Below are positions 29,798 to 41,600 of a DNA stretch of 64,000 bases, one piece after another. The DNA comes from Candidatus Cloacimonadota bacterium (lineage in GTDB: Bacteria; Cloacimonadota; Cloacimonadia; JGIOTU-2), in the NCBI GenBank assembly GCA_049903315.1, contig JBNGBT010000002.1, positions 256,001 to 320,000 of the forward strand, given 5' to 3'. A program made the position numbers and the translations under genes. Position 1 is the stretch's first letter; the number at the start of each line of letters is the position of its first letter. The notes beneath the pieces are model-generated. The model was not told where the DNA came from. It was given only the letters and a program-made list of their open reading frames with translations, and made no database searches.

Positions 29798-32700
29798 ATG
29801 AAAAAGTTTTTGATATTCACTATCGTTCTATTTACATGTGCTTCGGCTTTCGCAGATGTTATTGAAAAGACCTATTATTTTGATGCACCTCATATCACTG
29901 AAGTAGATGCTCAATATCAGCTTATTGAGTTTGAGTCAACTATTCAATCTGCCCGTGAAGGTAATCCCTCTTTGCCTTATTTTGCAATTTCATTACTTCT
30001 TCCATCAGGACAGGAAGCATATCAAATCGAAGTAATTTCCGATAATAAAACTGTTGTCTTGGGAGAATATCAGCTCTATCCAATGCAATATGTGCAGCCC
30101 TATTCAAAGGGAGCTTCTGGTGAGTTCGTGAAAAATCAAGAATTGTATAATGAGGCAAAGATCTATCCGGAATTATTGCATGGGGAACTCAGTACTCATT
30201 TTATGAATGGGTATGGATTTGCCTTTGCTGCGATCACTCCTGTTGAATATATACCAAGAGAAAGAAGCATTTCTTATTATAAGAGTTTAACGGTTAGAAT
30301 CCACACTCAATCGATGAACAATTCCTTCTTTGTTGCAATTCCTGCCAGTGTATCTGACCAGCAAATCAGCACTTTACATCAGCTTGCACAGAACGATGAA
30401 ATGTTCTCTTCCTACAACAGAACACAGCGTGACAGCAACTATGAGATACTCATTGTTACTCCTGAAGCTTTTGTAAGCGATTTTTCTGATCTTACAGCAA
30501 TGTATTTAACACAGGGATTGAGAACGCAGATCGCAACTACTCAAACAATCGCAGCTACTATGATTGGCGTGGATCTCCAGCAAAAAATAAGAAATTATGT
30601 TATTCAAGAATATCAAAACAACGGGATTCAATATGTAATACTCGGTGGAGATGATGAGCACATCCCGCATAGGGGTTTCTTCTGCGAAGTACAATCTTCC
30701 TCTTTATATTCTGATGACGATATCCCTGCTGATCTCTACTATTCCGCACTCGACGGTACATGGAATGATGATGGAGATAATCTTTGGGGTGAAATAGGGG
30801 AAGATGACCTTTTGCCGGATGTTTCTGTGGGAAGGATGTCATTCAGTAATTCTGCTGAACTTGCAAATATTCTCAATAAGTCAATGATGTACCAAGAGGA
30901 TCCTATTCTTGGAGAGCTGACGAAGCCCATTCTTGCTGGTGAAGATCTTTACGACAATCCACAAACATGGGGTGGAGATTACCTCGATCTGCTCATTGGT
31001 TATCATGAGGACAATGGCTACACTACTGAAGGCATTCCCATCACAAATAATATTGAAAAACTTTATGATAGAGATATTGGGTATTGGAGCAGTTCTACTT
31101 TGATTAGCAAGATCAATGAAGGAAAATCCTATGTGCATCATTCTGGTCATGCGAGTGAAACATATTGCATGAGAATGTCTAACAGCGACATCACGAATTC
31201 GAATTTTTCTAACCTTAATGGTATTACACACAATTATACTCATATTTATACTCATGGCTGCCTGTCAGGAGCGTTTGATTCAAACGATTGTATCGCAGAG
31301 AAAATAGTGAATTTAGAAAATTTCGCAGCTTCATTTATTGGGAATTCACGCTACGGATGGTTTAACGAAGGTCAAACTGAGGGTCCTTCTGAACATATGC
31401 ATAGAGAATATGTGAATGCGCTATACACACTTCGTACAGACCGGATTGGTGAAGCCCATCTTAATTCAAAGATATACACTGCTCCCTGGGTAAATGCTCC
31501 AGGTCAGCATGAAGAAGGCGCACTTCGATGGTGTTTTTATTGTTGCAATGTGATTGGAGACCCAGTCATGCCCATTTGGACAGATGAACCGATTGATAAG
31601 CAAGTCATGTATCCGGACAGTATTTGTATCGGGCAGAACCAGGTGCAGATAACAGTTACAAGTCTTACATCTTTTGTGGAAGGTCTTGTTTGTACGCTTC
31701 TTAAAGATGGAGAGTTTCATGGTACAGGAATGGTTAATTCTTTTGGATCAGCTACGATTAATATCGATCCGGTTTTTACTGATGTTGGTACAGCACAACT
31801 TATTGTGACTGGTTATAATTGTATGAAATCTACATATGATGTAATGGTAATTCCAAGTGCCGGTGCATATATCATCATTGATAGCGTAGCGACCAGGGAT
31901 GATAATAATAATATTCCTGAATTTTCGGAACAGGTTAGTTTTGATCTCGTACTGAAAAATGTGGGAACACAAGATGCAGCAAACGTGAATGCAACGCTCA
32001 GCTCAGATGACGAATATATAACCTGCTCCTATTCCTCAGCTTTCTTTGATACAATTTTTGCAGGCAGCACAGCATCTCAGCAGAATGTTCTTCCAATTCT
32101 TACTGATGATTATATTCCGGATCAGCATGTGGCTAATATCACTATGGATATCACTGGAGATAGCAAACAAAATTGGCTTACACAGTTTTCTGTCATACTC
32201 AATGCTCCAGTTTTAGAAACAGGAAATTGCCAGATCGATGACAGCTCCGGAGACAATGATGGTGTTATCGACCCGGGTGAAACAGTTGTATTGACTATTC
32301 CAGTTTTAAATACCGGACATGCAACGTCTCCTGCTGTCCAGGCAATCCTTTCATGCTCAAATTATTTAATTACTATCCAGAATACAACTCTTTCTCTCGG
32401 ACAACTTGAAGCAGGAGAGAGTATAAACGCAAATTTCACAGTTACCGCTGACTCAATGCTTGAAGAAGGTACTGCGATCACTTTTAACTTTACTGTCAAT
32501 GCAGGAGCATATGAGCTGGAAGAAGAAATCGGTATGACCATCGGTCTGATTATTGAGGATTTTGAAACAGCAAATTTCAGTATGTTCGATTGGTATTTTG
32601 GTGGAGATGCTGAATGGACTGTCAGTGAGACTGATCCCTACGAAGGTAATTATTGTGTTCAATCAGGGGATATTCCGCATAGTTCACAATCATCATTACT

Positions 32701-33271
32701 CATTGACCTCGAAGTCTTTACTGATGGGACGATAAGCTTCTGGAAAAAAGTATCATCTGAAAATAATTATGATTACTTACAGTTTTATATAGATGGTTCG
32801 CTGCAGGATGAATGGAGCGGGGAATCTCCGTGGTCAGAGGAATCTTATGCTGTTATACCAGGATTACATACATTCGAATGGCGTTACGATAAAGATGTAT
32901 ATGTTACTGGTGGAAGCGATTGTGCTTGGATCGATTATATTGTTTTCCCACCTCTTGGTGCGCCTACTTCAAATGACGATCCTTCTCAAACAACTATAAA
33001 TTTCCTTGCAGAGAATTTTCCGAATCCATTTGAGAATGTGACCAATATTAAATTTGCATTGAAGCAGTCTTCGATGGTTACTATTGAAGTATATAATATT
33101 TTAGGACAGAAGGTCAAAACCGTTACAGAAGATGAACTGCCTTCAGGAATTCACTCTGTTCAGTGGGATGGGAAAGATGACTTTGGACATCAGGTTGCAA
33201 ATGGTGTATATTTTTACCGTATGAATACTGATGAATTCTATCAAACCAGAAAAATGATATTGATGAAATAA
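29798..33271 (+). CDS. Gingipain-like C25 cysteine peptidase with T9SS-like CTD
   Basis: Signal; GNPSLP propeptide; ADLYYSALDG, VGRMS; catalytic-type HSGHA and THGCLSG; CTD NFPNPF..WDG..NGVYFY. Confidence 0.9.
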   Translation: MKKFLIFTIVLFTCASAFADVIEKTYYFDAPHITEVDAQYQLIEFESTIQSAREGNPSLPYFAISLLLPSGQEAYQIEVISDNKTVVLGEYQLYPMQYVQPYSKGASGEFVKNQELYNEAKIYPELLHGELSTHFMNGYGFAFAAITPVEYIPRERSISYYKSLTVRIHTQSMNNSFFVAIPASVSDQQISTLHQLAQNDEMFSSYNRTQRDSNYEILIVTPEAFVSDFSDLTAMYLTQGLRTQIATTQTIAATMIGVDLQQKIRNYVIQEYQNNGIQYVILGGDDEHIPHRGFFCEVQSSSLYSDDDIPADLYYSALDGTWNDDGDNLWGEIGEDDLLPDVSVGRMSFSNSAELANILNKSMMYQEDPILGELTKPILAGEDLYDNPQTWGGDYLDLLIGYHEDNGYTTEGIPITNNIEKLYDRDIGYWSSSTLISKINEGKSYVHHSGHASETYCMRMSNSDITNSNFSNLNGITHNYTHIYTHGCLSGAFDSNDCIAEKIVNLENFAASFIGNSRYGWFNEGQTEGPSEHMHREYVNALYTLRTDRIGEAHLNSKIYTAPWVNAPGQHEEGALRWCFYCCNVIGDPVMPIWTDEPIDKQVMYPDSICIGQNQVQITVTSLTSFVEGLVCTLLKDGEFHGTGMVNSFGSATINIDPVFTDVGTAQLIVTGYNCMKSTYDVMVIPSAGAYIIIDSVATRDDNNNIPEFSEQVSFDLVLKNVGTQDAANVNATLSSDDEYITCSYSSAFFDTIFAGSTASQQNVLPILTDDYIPDQHVANITMDITGDSKQNWLTQFSVILNAPVLETGNCQIDDSSGDNDGVIDPGETVVLTIPVLNTGHATSPAVQAILSCSNYLITIQNTTLSLGQLEAGESINANFTVTADSMLEEGTAITFNFTVNAGAYELEEEIGMTIGLIIEDFETANFSMFDWYFGGDAEWTVSETDPYEGNYCVQSGDIPHSSQSSLLIDLEVFTDGTISFWKKVSSENNYDYLQFYIDGSLQDEWSGESPWSEESYAVIPGLHTFEWRYDKDVYVTGGSDCAWIDYIVFPPLGAPTSNDDPSQTTINFLAENFPNPFENVTNIKFALKQSSMVTIEVYNILGQKVKTVTEDELPSGIHSVQWDGKDDFGHQVANGVYFYRMNTDEFYQTRKMILMK

Positions 33272-33282
33272 AAGGAGCTTGA

Positions 33283-36276
33283 ATGAAAGTTATTCCGATA
33301 TTGGGTTTATGTATGTTTTTTTCCGTGATGCTTTATGGTCAGGCAATGTGGCAAGACGATGGAATACCGGTCCGCCAGGGTGTGAATATAGAATGGTACC
33401 GTTCCGGCGCAGCCTTGAATGATGGATCGGTAGTATATGTGTGGTCAGATACTCGCAGAGGAGATCGCGATGTTTGGGCTCAGCGCGTTGATATCAGCGG
33501 GAATCTCCTGTGGGGAGCAGACGGCATCATGGTCAATGGAGAAATAAACAGGCAGGAAGATCCTGTAGTTATTAATACCGGAGATGGAGGAGCAATAGTT
33601 GCGTGGGTTGATTTCAGGAACGAAGATGCTGGAGATGTCTATGCACAAAAATTAGATGTGAGCGGAAATCTCTTGTGGGATCCATCAGGTGTGCCTTTAT
33701 GTCTTGCAGGTGATGTGCAGATATCTCTTAATATTGTGAATGATGCAAATAATGGTGCTTTTGTAATTTGGCAGGATCACAGAAATCCTGGTGGAGTAGA
33801 TATATACGGTACTCATATAAATGCTTCCGGTTCGATCGTTACAGGTTGGAATACTAATGGAAATGCAATAGCTGCTCAGAATGGAGATCAGGATGGACAT
33901 ACATTCTGGGAAGATGGATTTGGCGGAGCTGTTGTTGCATGGCATGATACAAGAACTGCGACGAATGAAAACCTCTATATGCAGAGAATTGCTTCAGACG
34001 GTTCATTACTTTGGGATGCCGGAGGTACTTTGTTATGTGGCTCATCCGATACTCAGAGCAATGTGAAAATGTGCCCTGATGGTACTGGAAGTTTCATTTT
34101 TGTGTGGCGAGATAAACATCTCGATCCTGATGGCGATATAATGGCAATGCGGGTTGATATAGATGGAAATTTTTTGTGGGCTGTCGATGTTCCGATCTAT
34201 CAGGATGACAGCATTCAAAAGGATCCAAGGATTACTGAGTCTACCGATACTGGCGCTTTTATCGTGTGGGATGATTATCGTGATAGTCCTTACACCTCAG
34301 ATATTTATGCACAAAAGCTCGACGTAAGTGGTACACTTCTCTGGGATGCCGCAGGACTTGCACTTTGCACAGCTCCCAATGATCAGCTCGAACCGCGTTT
34401 GACTAATGATAATAATGCCGGATGTTATTTTGTCTGGACCGATGGAAGGGATGGGGGACATCCGCACGAAGATATTTATATGCAGCATGTTGATGATACC
34501 GGGACAATTGAATGGGAAGCGAATGGAAAAATGATCTGCAATGCATATGGAGAGCAGTTCTCAGCGCTTCTCAGAGGAAATGGCACAGGGAAAGTATATG
34601 TCATTTGGGGAGATAACAGAACTGGGTCTACCGGTCTTTATGTCCAAATTCTGGACGAACCAGGTACAGAATATCTCGCATCAAATGGAAAATTAATATA
34701 TTATGGTTTGTGCGGAGATGCAAAGAATTATTCTCTATATGAAAGTTCAGAAGAATCTGTCATTCTATGGGAGGACAGCAGAAGCCCTTACACTGGGAAT
34801 CAATTATATATGCAGATACTGAGTGATGACGGTACAGTGGAACTTGCGTTAAATGGAGAATCTCTTACTGATCCGACTGGATATGATCAGGAGAATGCTG
34901 ATGCGATATATTCGGTCTCTGAAAATGAGCTGGTTGCTGTCTGGGAAGAAAATAGAGCCGGTTTCAAACAAATATTTGCTCAGGCAGTAGATAACCAATG
35001 CACATCACTTTGGGCTGATGGCGGATTGGCTCTTGGAGATTTTTTCAGTGAGCAGCAAAATCCGAAAGTGTCCTCAATGACAGGTTCAAGATCACTTGAG
35101 TATTATACAGGGTGGTCGGATTATCGAGATTTTATGGATCCGGGCATTTTTGGTCAGAAGATTATTGATGGCGTGTTGCAATGGGATGATGAAGGCATTG
35201 AGATCGTTAATAGAAGTGGCGAAGACAAGCTGACTGATATTGTAGACATGTATTATATTTTTCAAAGCGGCGCATGGAATGATCAGAATATTTATGTGAA
35301 ATTAATAGATAGTGATGGAAATACTGCTGCTGGTTGGCCCAATGGTGGAGTCGCAGTTTGTACCGCAACAGGAAATCAGGATAATGCTACCGGTGTGATC
35401 GTACCCGAGGGTTTGTTCGTGATCTGGGAAGATACCCGAGATAGTGTACTTGCAATATATGGACAAGTCGTGACAAGTGCCGGTTCTATGCTTTGGCAGG
35501 AAAATGGCGTTCCAATCGCTAATTATGCAAACGACCAATCATCTCCTGCGTATATATATGAGAATGAACTGTACGCAGTATGGGAAGACTTCCGTAATGG
35601 CATTGATTATAATATTTTTGGACAAAAAGTGCAGTCATCGGACGGTACTCTTCTCTGGAATCCTGATGGAGTAGCAATTGTTGATGAGACCGGAGATCAA
35701 ACGAGTCCTGCAATTTCTATGATCGGTGCGAATCTCTGCATTCCGTGGCAGGATTTCCGAAATGGCACAAATGCAGATATTTTTGGACAGAAAGTGTCCT
35801 CAGATGGAACTGTGCTATGGGTCAACGATCTGCCGATTTGCACTGCGATCAAAAATCAGTCGGGGCCCCTCACTGTTCCTTTTGACGATAATTATGCAAG
35901 TATCATCTGGCAGGATGCCCGATCGAGCGGTAAGGCAGATATTTACAATATTTATGCTCAAAAAATTGAAATAAATGAAGTTTCGATCGATGATCCTCAT
36001 CATGGGAATAGCAGTTTTATAACACATTATCCTAACCCGATCTCTGGCTCTGTATATTTTACTTTACTATCTCCGACAGTGCATTCTGAAACTACTCTCG
36101 ATGTTTTCAATCTCAAGGGACAAAAGATATATTCACACATTTTTGAAGCTGGTGAGAGAAGCTATGAATGGAATACACACGACGTAAATGGAAATCCGGT
36201 TCACAATGGAATATATCTCTATAAATGCTCAAGTGCCGGAACCACTTCCATGAGTAAGCTAATTATATTGAGATAA
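33283..36276 (+). CDS. Secreted repeat protein (about 16 WxDxR..DIYAQ repeats, probable beta-propellers) with T9SS-like CTD
   Basis: Signal; 55-60 aa repeats; CTD HYPNP..FNLKGQ..NGIYLY. Confidence 0.8.
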   Translation: MKVIPILGLCMFFSVMLYGQAMWQDDGIPVRQGVNIEWYRSGAALNDGSVVYVWSDTRRGDRDVWAQRVDISGNLLWGADGIMVNGEINRQEDPVVINTGDGGAIVAWVDFRNEDAGDVYAQKLDVSGNLLWDPSGVPLCLAGDVQISLNIVNDANNGAFVIWQDHRNPGGVDIYGTHINASGSIVTGWNTNGNAIAAQNGDQDGHTFWEDGFGGAVVAWHDTRTATNENLYMQRIASDGSLLWDAGGTLLCGSSDTQSNVKMCPDGTGSFIFVWRDKHLDPDGDIMAMRVDIDGNFLWAVDVPIYQDDSIQKDPRITESTDTGAFIVWDDYRDSPYTSDIYAQKLDVSGTLLWDAAGLALCTAPNDQLEPRLTNDNNAGCYFVWTDGRDGGHPHEDIYMQHVDDTGTIEWEANGKMICNAYGEQFSALLRGNGTGKVYVIWGDNRTGSTGLYVQILDEPGTEYLASNGKLIYYGLCGDAKNYSLYESSEESVILWEDSRSPYTGNQLYMQILSDDGTVELALNGESLTDPTGYDQENADAIYSVSENELVAVWEENRAGFKQIFAQAVDNQCTSLWADGGLALGDFFSEQQNPKVSSMTGSRSLEYYTGWSDYRDFMDPGIFGQKIIDGVLQWDDEGIEIVNRSGEDKLTDIVDMYYIFQSGAWNDQNIYVKLIDSDGNTAAGWPNGGVAVCTATGNQDNATGVIVPEGLFVIWEDTRDSVLAIYGQVVTSAGSMLWQENGVPIANYANDQSSPAYIYENELYAVWEDFRNGIDYNIFGQKVQSSDGTLLWNPDGVAIVDETGDQTSPAISMIGANLCIPWQDFRNGTNADIFGQKVSSDGTVLWVNDLPICTAIKNQSGPLTVPFDDNYASIIWQDARSSGKADIYNIYAQKIEINEVSIDDPHHGNSSFITHYPNPISGSVYFTLLSPTVHSETTLDVFNLKGQKIYSHIFEAGERSYEWNTHDVNGNPVHNGIYLYKCSSAGTTSMSKLIILR

Positions 36277-36279
36277 GTC

Positions 36280-38559
36280 ATGAAAAAATACACCATCTTC
36301 ATTCTTGTTCTTATTCTTGCAGTTCCTTTATCTGCACAGGTTGCGCTGCCATCGAGATATCATACCTATGATGAGATCAAAGCTGAGCTGGATTCCCTCC
36401 AGCTTGTATATCCTGACCTCGTGTTTGTAGATTCTATCGGAGTGAGTAAAACTGATTCCATTCCTATCTGGGCAGTGAAACTTTCCGACAATGCATCTGT
36501 TGATGAAGATGAACCGGCTGTACTGTATGTGGGGCAATGTCATGCTGAGGAGGTCCTCGGAGTAGAGATCTCCATGTATATGATCAACGAGATATTGGGG
36601 CATTTTTATCAAGCTCCTTATGCAATCTGGTTGAGTGAACTTGAAATCTGGTTTATTCCTTCAATTAATCCCGAAGGATTGCAAGTGGTAATGGATGGAT
36701 GGGATACTGCTTACAGAAAAACGAAACGTGATAATAATTTTAACGGGATTTTTGATTTTCAGCCCGGACCGGGTCATGATATTGATGGAGTCGATCCAAA
36801 TAGAAACTACTCTTATAATTGGGTTCATGGAGACACGTTGTACGAGCCGAGCGGAGAAGAGCGGTACGATTATTATCGTGGACCTGAGCCGTTTTCAGAA
36901 GGCGGCACACAAGCCCTCAAACGTCTTGCACAACAACAGCAATTCCTTTTTTCAATAAACTGGCATTCTTCCCGAACAGGAAATTTCTCTGAGAAAGTTT
37001 TCTATTCGTGGGAATGGGATGGCTTTAAGCGATCACCCGATTTTGAGTTCAATAAAATAATTGGAGAAACTGTTGCATCACTGATAGAAACCGAAGATGG
37101 AACTGCTCATTATGAACCCTCTCCATCACGTGGACGAAAAGGAAATGCACAGGATTGGTTCTATAATACATTTGGTACAGTACAACTTCTTATAGAATGT
37201 GGAACAGAGAATTTACAGCCAAATGCAGCACTGGTAGATGATACATGCGAGCGATGCAAACTTGGTGCATATTGGCTTATGAACCGAGTGCTTGGCTATG
37301 AGACAGATGCTGCAATGCTGACTGGTCATATCGAGGATGGTCAAACAGGTTTACCTATTCAAGCTGAAGTGTACGTGAACGATCATGATATTGTGAGCTT
37401 TACTCCAAGAACATCGGATGAATTATATGGTCGTTACTGGCGGTTGCTCGAACCGGGCACGTATTCAATAACCTACAGAAAAAAAGGATATCAGGATACA
37501 ACGTTCAACAATATCACAATTAATAATTCCGCATGTGCAGTGAAAAATGTTTCTCTGCAACCACTTGCGCAAATTGCAGTTACAGGAAACGTTTATAATA
37601 ACGGTTCACCATTGCAATGTGATATGATACTTAATGATGGATATTTTGCAGACACGTTATCTGTGAGTGGAAGTTTCAACTTCAATTACTATGTTGGAAA
37701 TTATCAGGCAACCTTCATATCTCCGGGATATATCCCACAGATAATGGAACTGACTATTCAGAATGGAATGGACGCTCTCGACATTAATTTTCAACCTGAA
37801 GTAGTTATTTTTGAAGAAAATTGGGAATCAGGTATGGATGGTTGGAATGCTCAAAATTATTGGTGCCTTTATCCCGAACCTTATGAAGGGAATTTTGCGC
37901 TACGTGATAACAGCGAACGATTCTATCGTAACGGTTTTGAGTCCACTATAAAAACGAGTTCATCCATAAACTTGAATGGTGTGAATGAAGATGTTGCCTT
38001 CTCATTCTGGCATAAATATCATGTAGAATGGGAGCATGACAGCTGCTATGTTGAGATTTCATCCAATAATCAGGATTGGGAAGTACTCGCTTCATTTACA
38101 GGCTTTCAACAGGCATGGCAGCAGGTTGTAATTCCTTTGCAGGAGTGGGTAGATACTCATAGCTATTTACGATTCCGGATCAAGACAGACTCATATTTGA
38201 GTGATCCCGGTTGGCTGATTGATAATATTTCGATACTCTCTTCTCAAGGAAATGGAATAGAGGATCCTCCAATTCCAACTGAGTATATTTTATATCAAAA
38301 TCAGCCGAATCCATTCAATTTCATCACATTCTTCCCATATGAAGTCAAGAATTCACATCAGGAAAAACTTTCTCTCTCCATGTTTAATATCAAGGGGCAG
38401 CTTATTCGCACTTTTGAAGTAAGTGATAATAATTCAATGGTATCCTGGGATGGGAAAGATGCTCGTGGTCACAAAGTCGGGTCTGGTATTTATTTCTATC
38501 AACTAAAGGCAGAGAATAAAGTTATTCAAACGAAGAAGTGCGTTTTTTTTAATAAATAG
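36280..38559 (+). CDS. M14 zinc carboxypeptidase with T9SS-like CTD
   Basis: HAEE, NPEG, GVDPNRNY, INWHS, IEC; carboxypeptidase regulatory-like domain; CTD NQPNPF..WDG..SGIYFY. Confidence 0.9.
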   Translation: MKKYTIFILVLILAVPLSAQVALPSRYHTYDEIKAELDSLQLVYPDLVFVDSIGVSKTDSIPIWAVKLSDNASVDEDEPAVLYVGQCHAEEVLGVEISMYMINEILGHFYQAPYAIWLSELEIWFIPSINPEGLQVVMDGWDTAYRKTKRDNNFNGIFDFQPGPGHDIDGVDPNRNYSYNWVHGDTLYEPSGEERYDYYRGPEPFSEGGTQALKRLAQQQQFLFSINWHSSRTGNFSEKVFYSWEWDGFKRSPDFEFNKIIGETVASLIETEDGTAHYEPSPSRGRKGNAQDWFYNTFGTVQLLIECGTENLQPNAALVDDTCERCKLGAYWLMNRVLGYETDAAMLTGHIEDGQTGLPIQAEVYVNDHDIVSFTPRTSDELYGRYWRLLEPGTYSITYRKKGYQDTTFNNITINNSACAVKNVSLQPLAQIAVTGNVYNNGSPLQCDMILNDGYFADTLSVSGSFNFNYYVGNYQATFISPGYIPQIMELTIQNGMDALDINFQPEVVIFEENWESGMDGWNAQNYWCLYPEPYEGNFALRDNSERFYRNGFESTIKTSSSINLNGVNEDVAFSFWHKYHVEWEHDSCYVEISSNNQDWEVLASFTGFQQAWQQVVIPLQEWVDTHSYLRFRIKTDSYLSDPGWLIDNISILSSQGNGIEDPPIPTEYILYQNQPNPFNFITFFPYEVKNSHQEKLSLSMFNIKGQLIRTFEVSDNNSMVSWDGKDARGHKVGSGIYFYQLKAENKVIQTKKCVFFNK

Positions 38560-38663
38560 TAATTTTATCCTTTTTCTCATCGATTAGTTTTAAAAAAGAG
38601 AAAAAGTTTACAATGAATTATCATCAATAAAAAAGAGAATATTATTTTTAAACAGGATTGAAT

Positions 38664-41600
38664 ATGAAAAAGATTATTTTCCTTATTGTATTATGCTTTG
38701 TTTTTTCCTCTCAACTTTTTGCATGGCGACCTCAAGAAATGGAGGTCAAAGTCATTCTTAATTCACAAGAAGATTTTCAAGCATTACATGCTCTTAAACT
38801 GAATGGAGATGTGTATTCAGATTTTGCGCGAGTGTATGTAATCTCTGATGAATTTGATGTTCTAAAACAAACAGGTCTTGAATATGAAATAATTGTTGAA
38901 GACCTTGAAGCCCATTCCAAACAGATATTGGAACTGCGCACAAATTGGCTCTGGTATGATGATATTATTACATTGATGGATAGCTGTGCAACTGCTTTTC
39001 CTTTTATTTGCAGGAAAGAATATATCGGAGAAACTGTTGAAGGAAGACAGATTTCCGCATGTGTTATCAGTGATAATGTGTCCTTGGAAGAGAATGAGCC
39101 GGAGATCATGTTTGATGGAGGTATTCATGGAGATGAACTCTGCGCTGCAGAAAATGTGGCACGAATGATAAGATATCTTTGTGTGAATTACGGCTCCAAT
39201 ACTCAAGTCACTAATATTGTAAATAATACTGAAGTATGGCTTTATCCAATGGTCAATCCTGATGGACGATTTCATGTGGTCAGATACAATGCAAATGGAG
39301 TTGATCTTAACAGGGATTGGGGTTATATGTGGGATGCATGGGGTGGAAGTCCCGGCGCATATTCACAACCTGAAACAAAAGCACTCAGAAGCTGCATGTA
39401 TAATCACCAATTTGTCGTCCATACAACCTATCACAGTGGAACTGAATTTATTTCTCATCCATGGAGTTATCGTTCAAACCTGTGTCCGGATCATCCACAT
39501 ATCAATCAGCTTGCAGGCATCTATTCAACAAGTTCAGGTTATGCAAACCTCGAGTACGGACCGGGTTGTACAGGAATGTACCCGATCAATGGAAGTTCAA
39601 AGGATACAAATTACGGTGTGATGGGCTCAATAAGCTGGTCTATGGAAATTTCCTATCAGAAGCAGCCCCCAACATCACAAATTGTATATTATTGGAATCT
39701 TAACCTGCCTGCAATGCTTACTATGATGGAATACAGCAACTACGGGCTCAATGGACTTGTTACAGATGCTGTCACTGGTGATCCTGTATCAGCTCTCATC
39801 TGGGTAAACAACTTCATGCCTACTTATACAGACCCGCAAGTCGGCGATTTCCATAAGTATGTACTGAATGGAAATTATACTGTTACAGTCACTGCCAATG
39901 GGTACGAAAGCCAGACCATGAATAATGTTACGGTTACAGCAATGAATGCGACAACAGTTGATTTTCAATTGCAACCGTCTGATGACGATGCTTTTTATGG
40001 ATACAAATTTGCAGCAAGCCAAATTCCGGATAATAATACTGGAGATGAGGGAAATACACCTGCATCTCTCGGAGAACCGGATGAAGTAAATTACTCGATT
40101 GGGAAGGATGGATGGTGCATTATTGATATGCAATATCCAATAATCGACGGTGCATATAATGATTTCACAGTTTTTGAAGGAGATATAACTCCTGAAGGTT
40201 ACGACTGCTATGTCGGAAATTCTATCGATGGACCGTTCTATCTAGTTGGTGCCGGTTTTGGGACCACAGAATTTGATCTTAATGGATCGGGACTTGCGGA
40301 AGCACAGTTTATAAAAATAGTCGATGATGGAGATGGCACAGCTACCGCACCCGATGCCGGCTTTGATCTTGATGCGATCTCTACCGAGTTCATTCAAGGT
40401 GCTAATCTTGTAATAGATAATTATTATATTGATGACTCTGCGACAGGTAATGACGATGGTGTTCTCGATCCCGGAGAACAAGCTGACCTCAGTATAGTTG
40501 TGAGAAATAATGGCACCGAAACAGCACAAGATATCTTTTCCATGCTGAGTTGCACCGATTTATACATATCTGTTAATGGGGGACTTGAACCTTTTGGCAA
40601 TATCGAGCCCAGTGAGATGGATACTTCATTTGTGACTATCAGCGCTTCAGGTGGTACACCGAATGGGCATCCTGCTTATTTTTCACTTGATCTGCATTGT
40701 AACAATAGTGCATTTTCAGGAATGTATGATATTATAATAAACATCGGTACAATGCCATATGAAGATTTTGAGACAGGCGATTTCAGTGCATTCAACTGGC
40801 AATTCGGGGGCAGTTTGGATTGGACTATTGACACGAATGCGTATCAGGGTGTATATTGTGCACGATCTGGTGCGATAGGTCATAATCAAACAACTGAAAT
40901 GTCAGTCACTATGGATGTGAGCAGTGGACAGATATCATTTTACAGAAAGGTGTCCTCTGAAAGCAGCTACGATTTTTTGCAATTCTATATTGATGGCGCA
41001 ATGCAGGGACAGTGGTCAGGTCAAATGGACTGGTCTCAGGAATCATTTTCAGTTACAACTGGCACTCATACGTTCAAATGGGTATATGATAAAGATACAA
41101 ATACCACAGGTGGAAGCGACTGTGTCTGGATAGACAATATAAGCTTCCCTGCGTCGAATCCGGACTACCCGATTCTCTACATTGCTCCCACAATGTTTGA
41201 TTTTGGTCAGGTATTCGTTGGTAACGACTCAACGAAACAATTTTTAATTAAAAATGTCGGTGGTGGAACACTCGCTGGTACGATTACTACTCCAGTTGGT
41301 TTTTCAGTAATGGAAACAGGAGGTGTTTCTCCCGTAACAGTACTTGACTATAATTTATCAGGTGGAGATAGTCAGGAATATGAACTTATATTCTCACCAA
41401 CACTTGCCCAAACATATGACAATCAAATTTCTGTATCAGTGCTTCCTTTTCAATTTGAATATCTTAATGTGTACGGAGAAGGTGTTCCCCAAACCAGTCT
41501 TGACGATCCGGAGTTCTATAATGAAACCAGACTCCTCGGTAATTTCCCAAATCCTGTAGGGAATGCAACTGTGATTTCATATCAACTCAAGGGAAGTGCT

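Noticed and set aside
38570..38606. CTTTTTCTC..GAGAAAAAG inverted repeat as a terminator
   Set aside because: AT-rich stem, long loop and no following U tract; too weak to call
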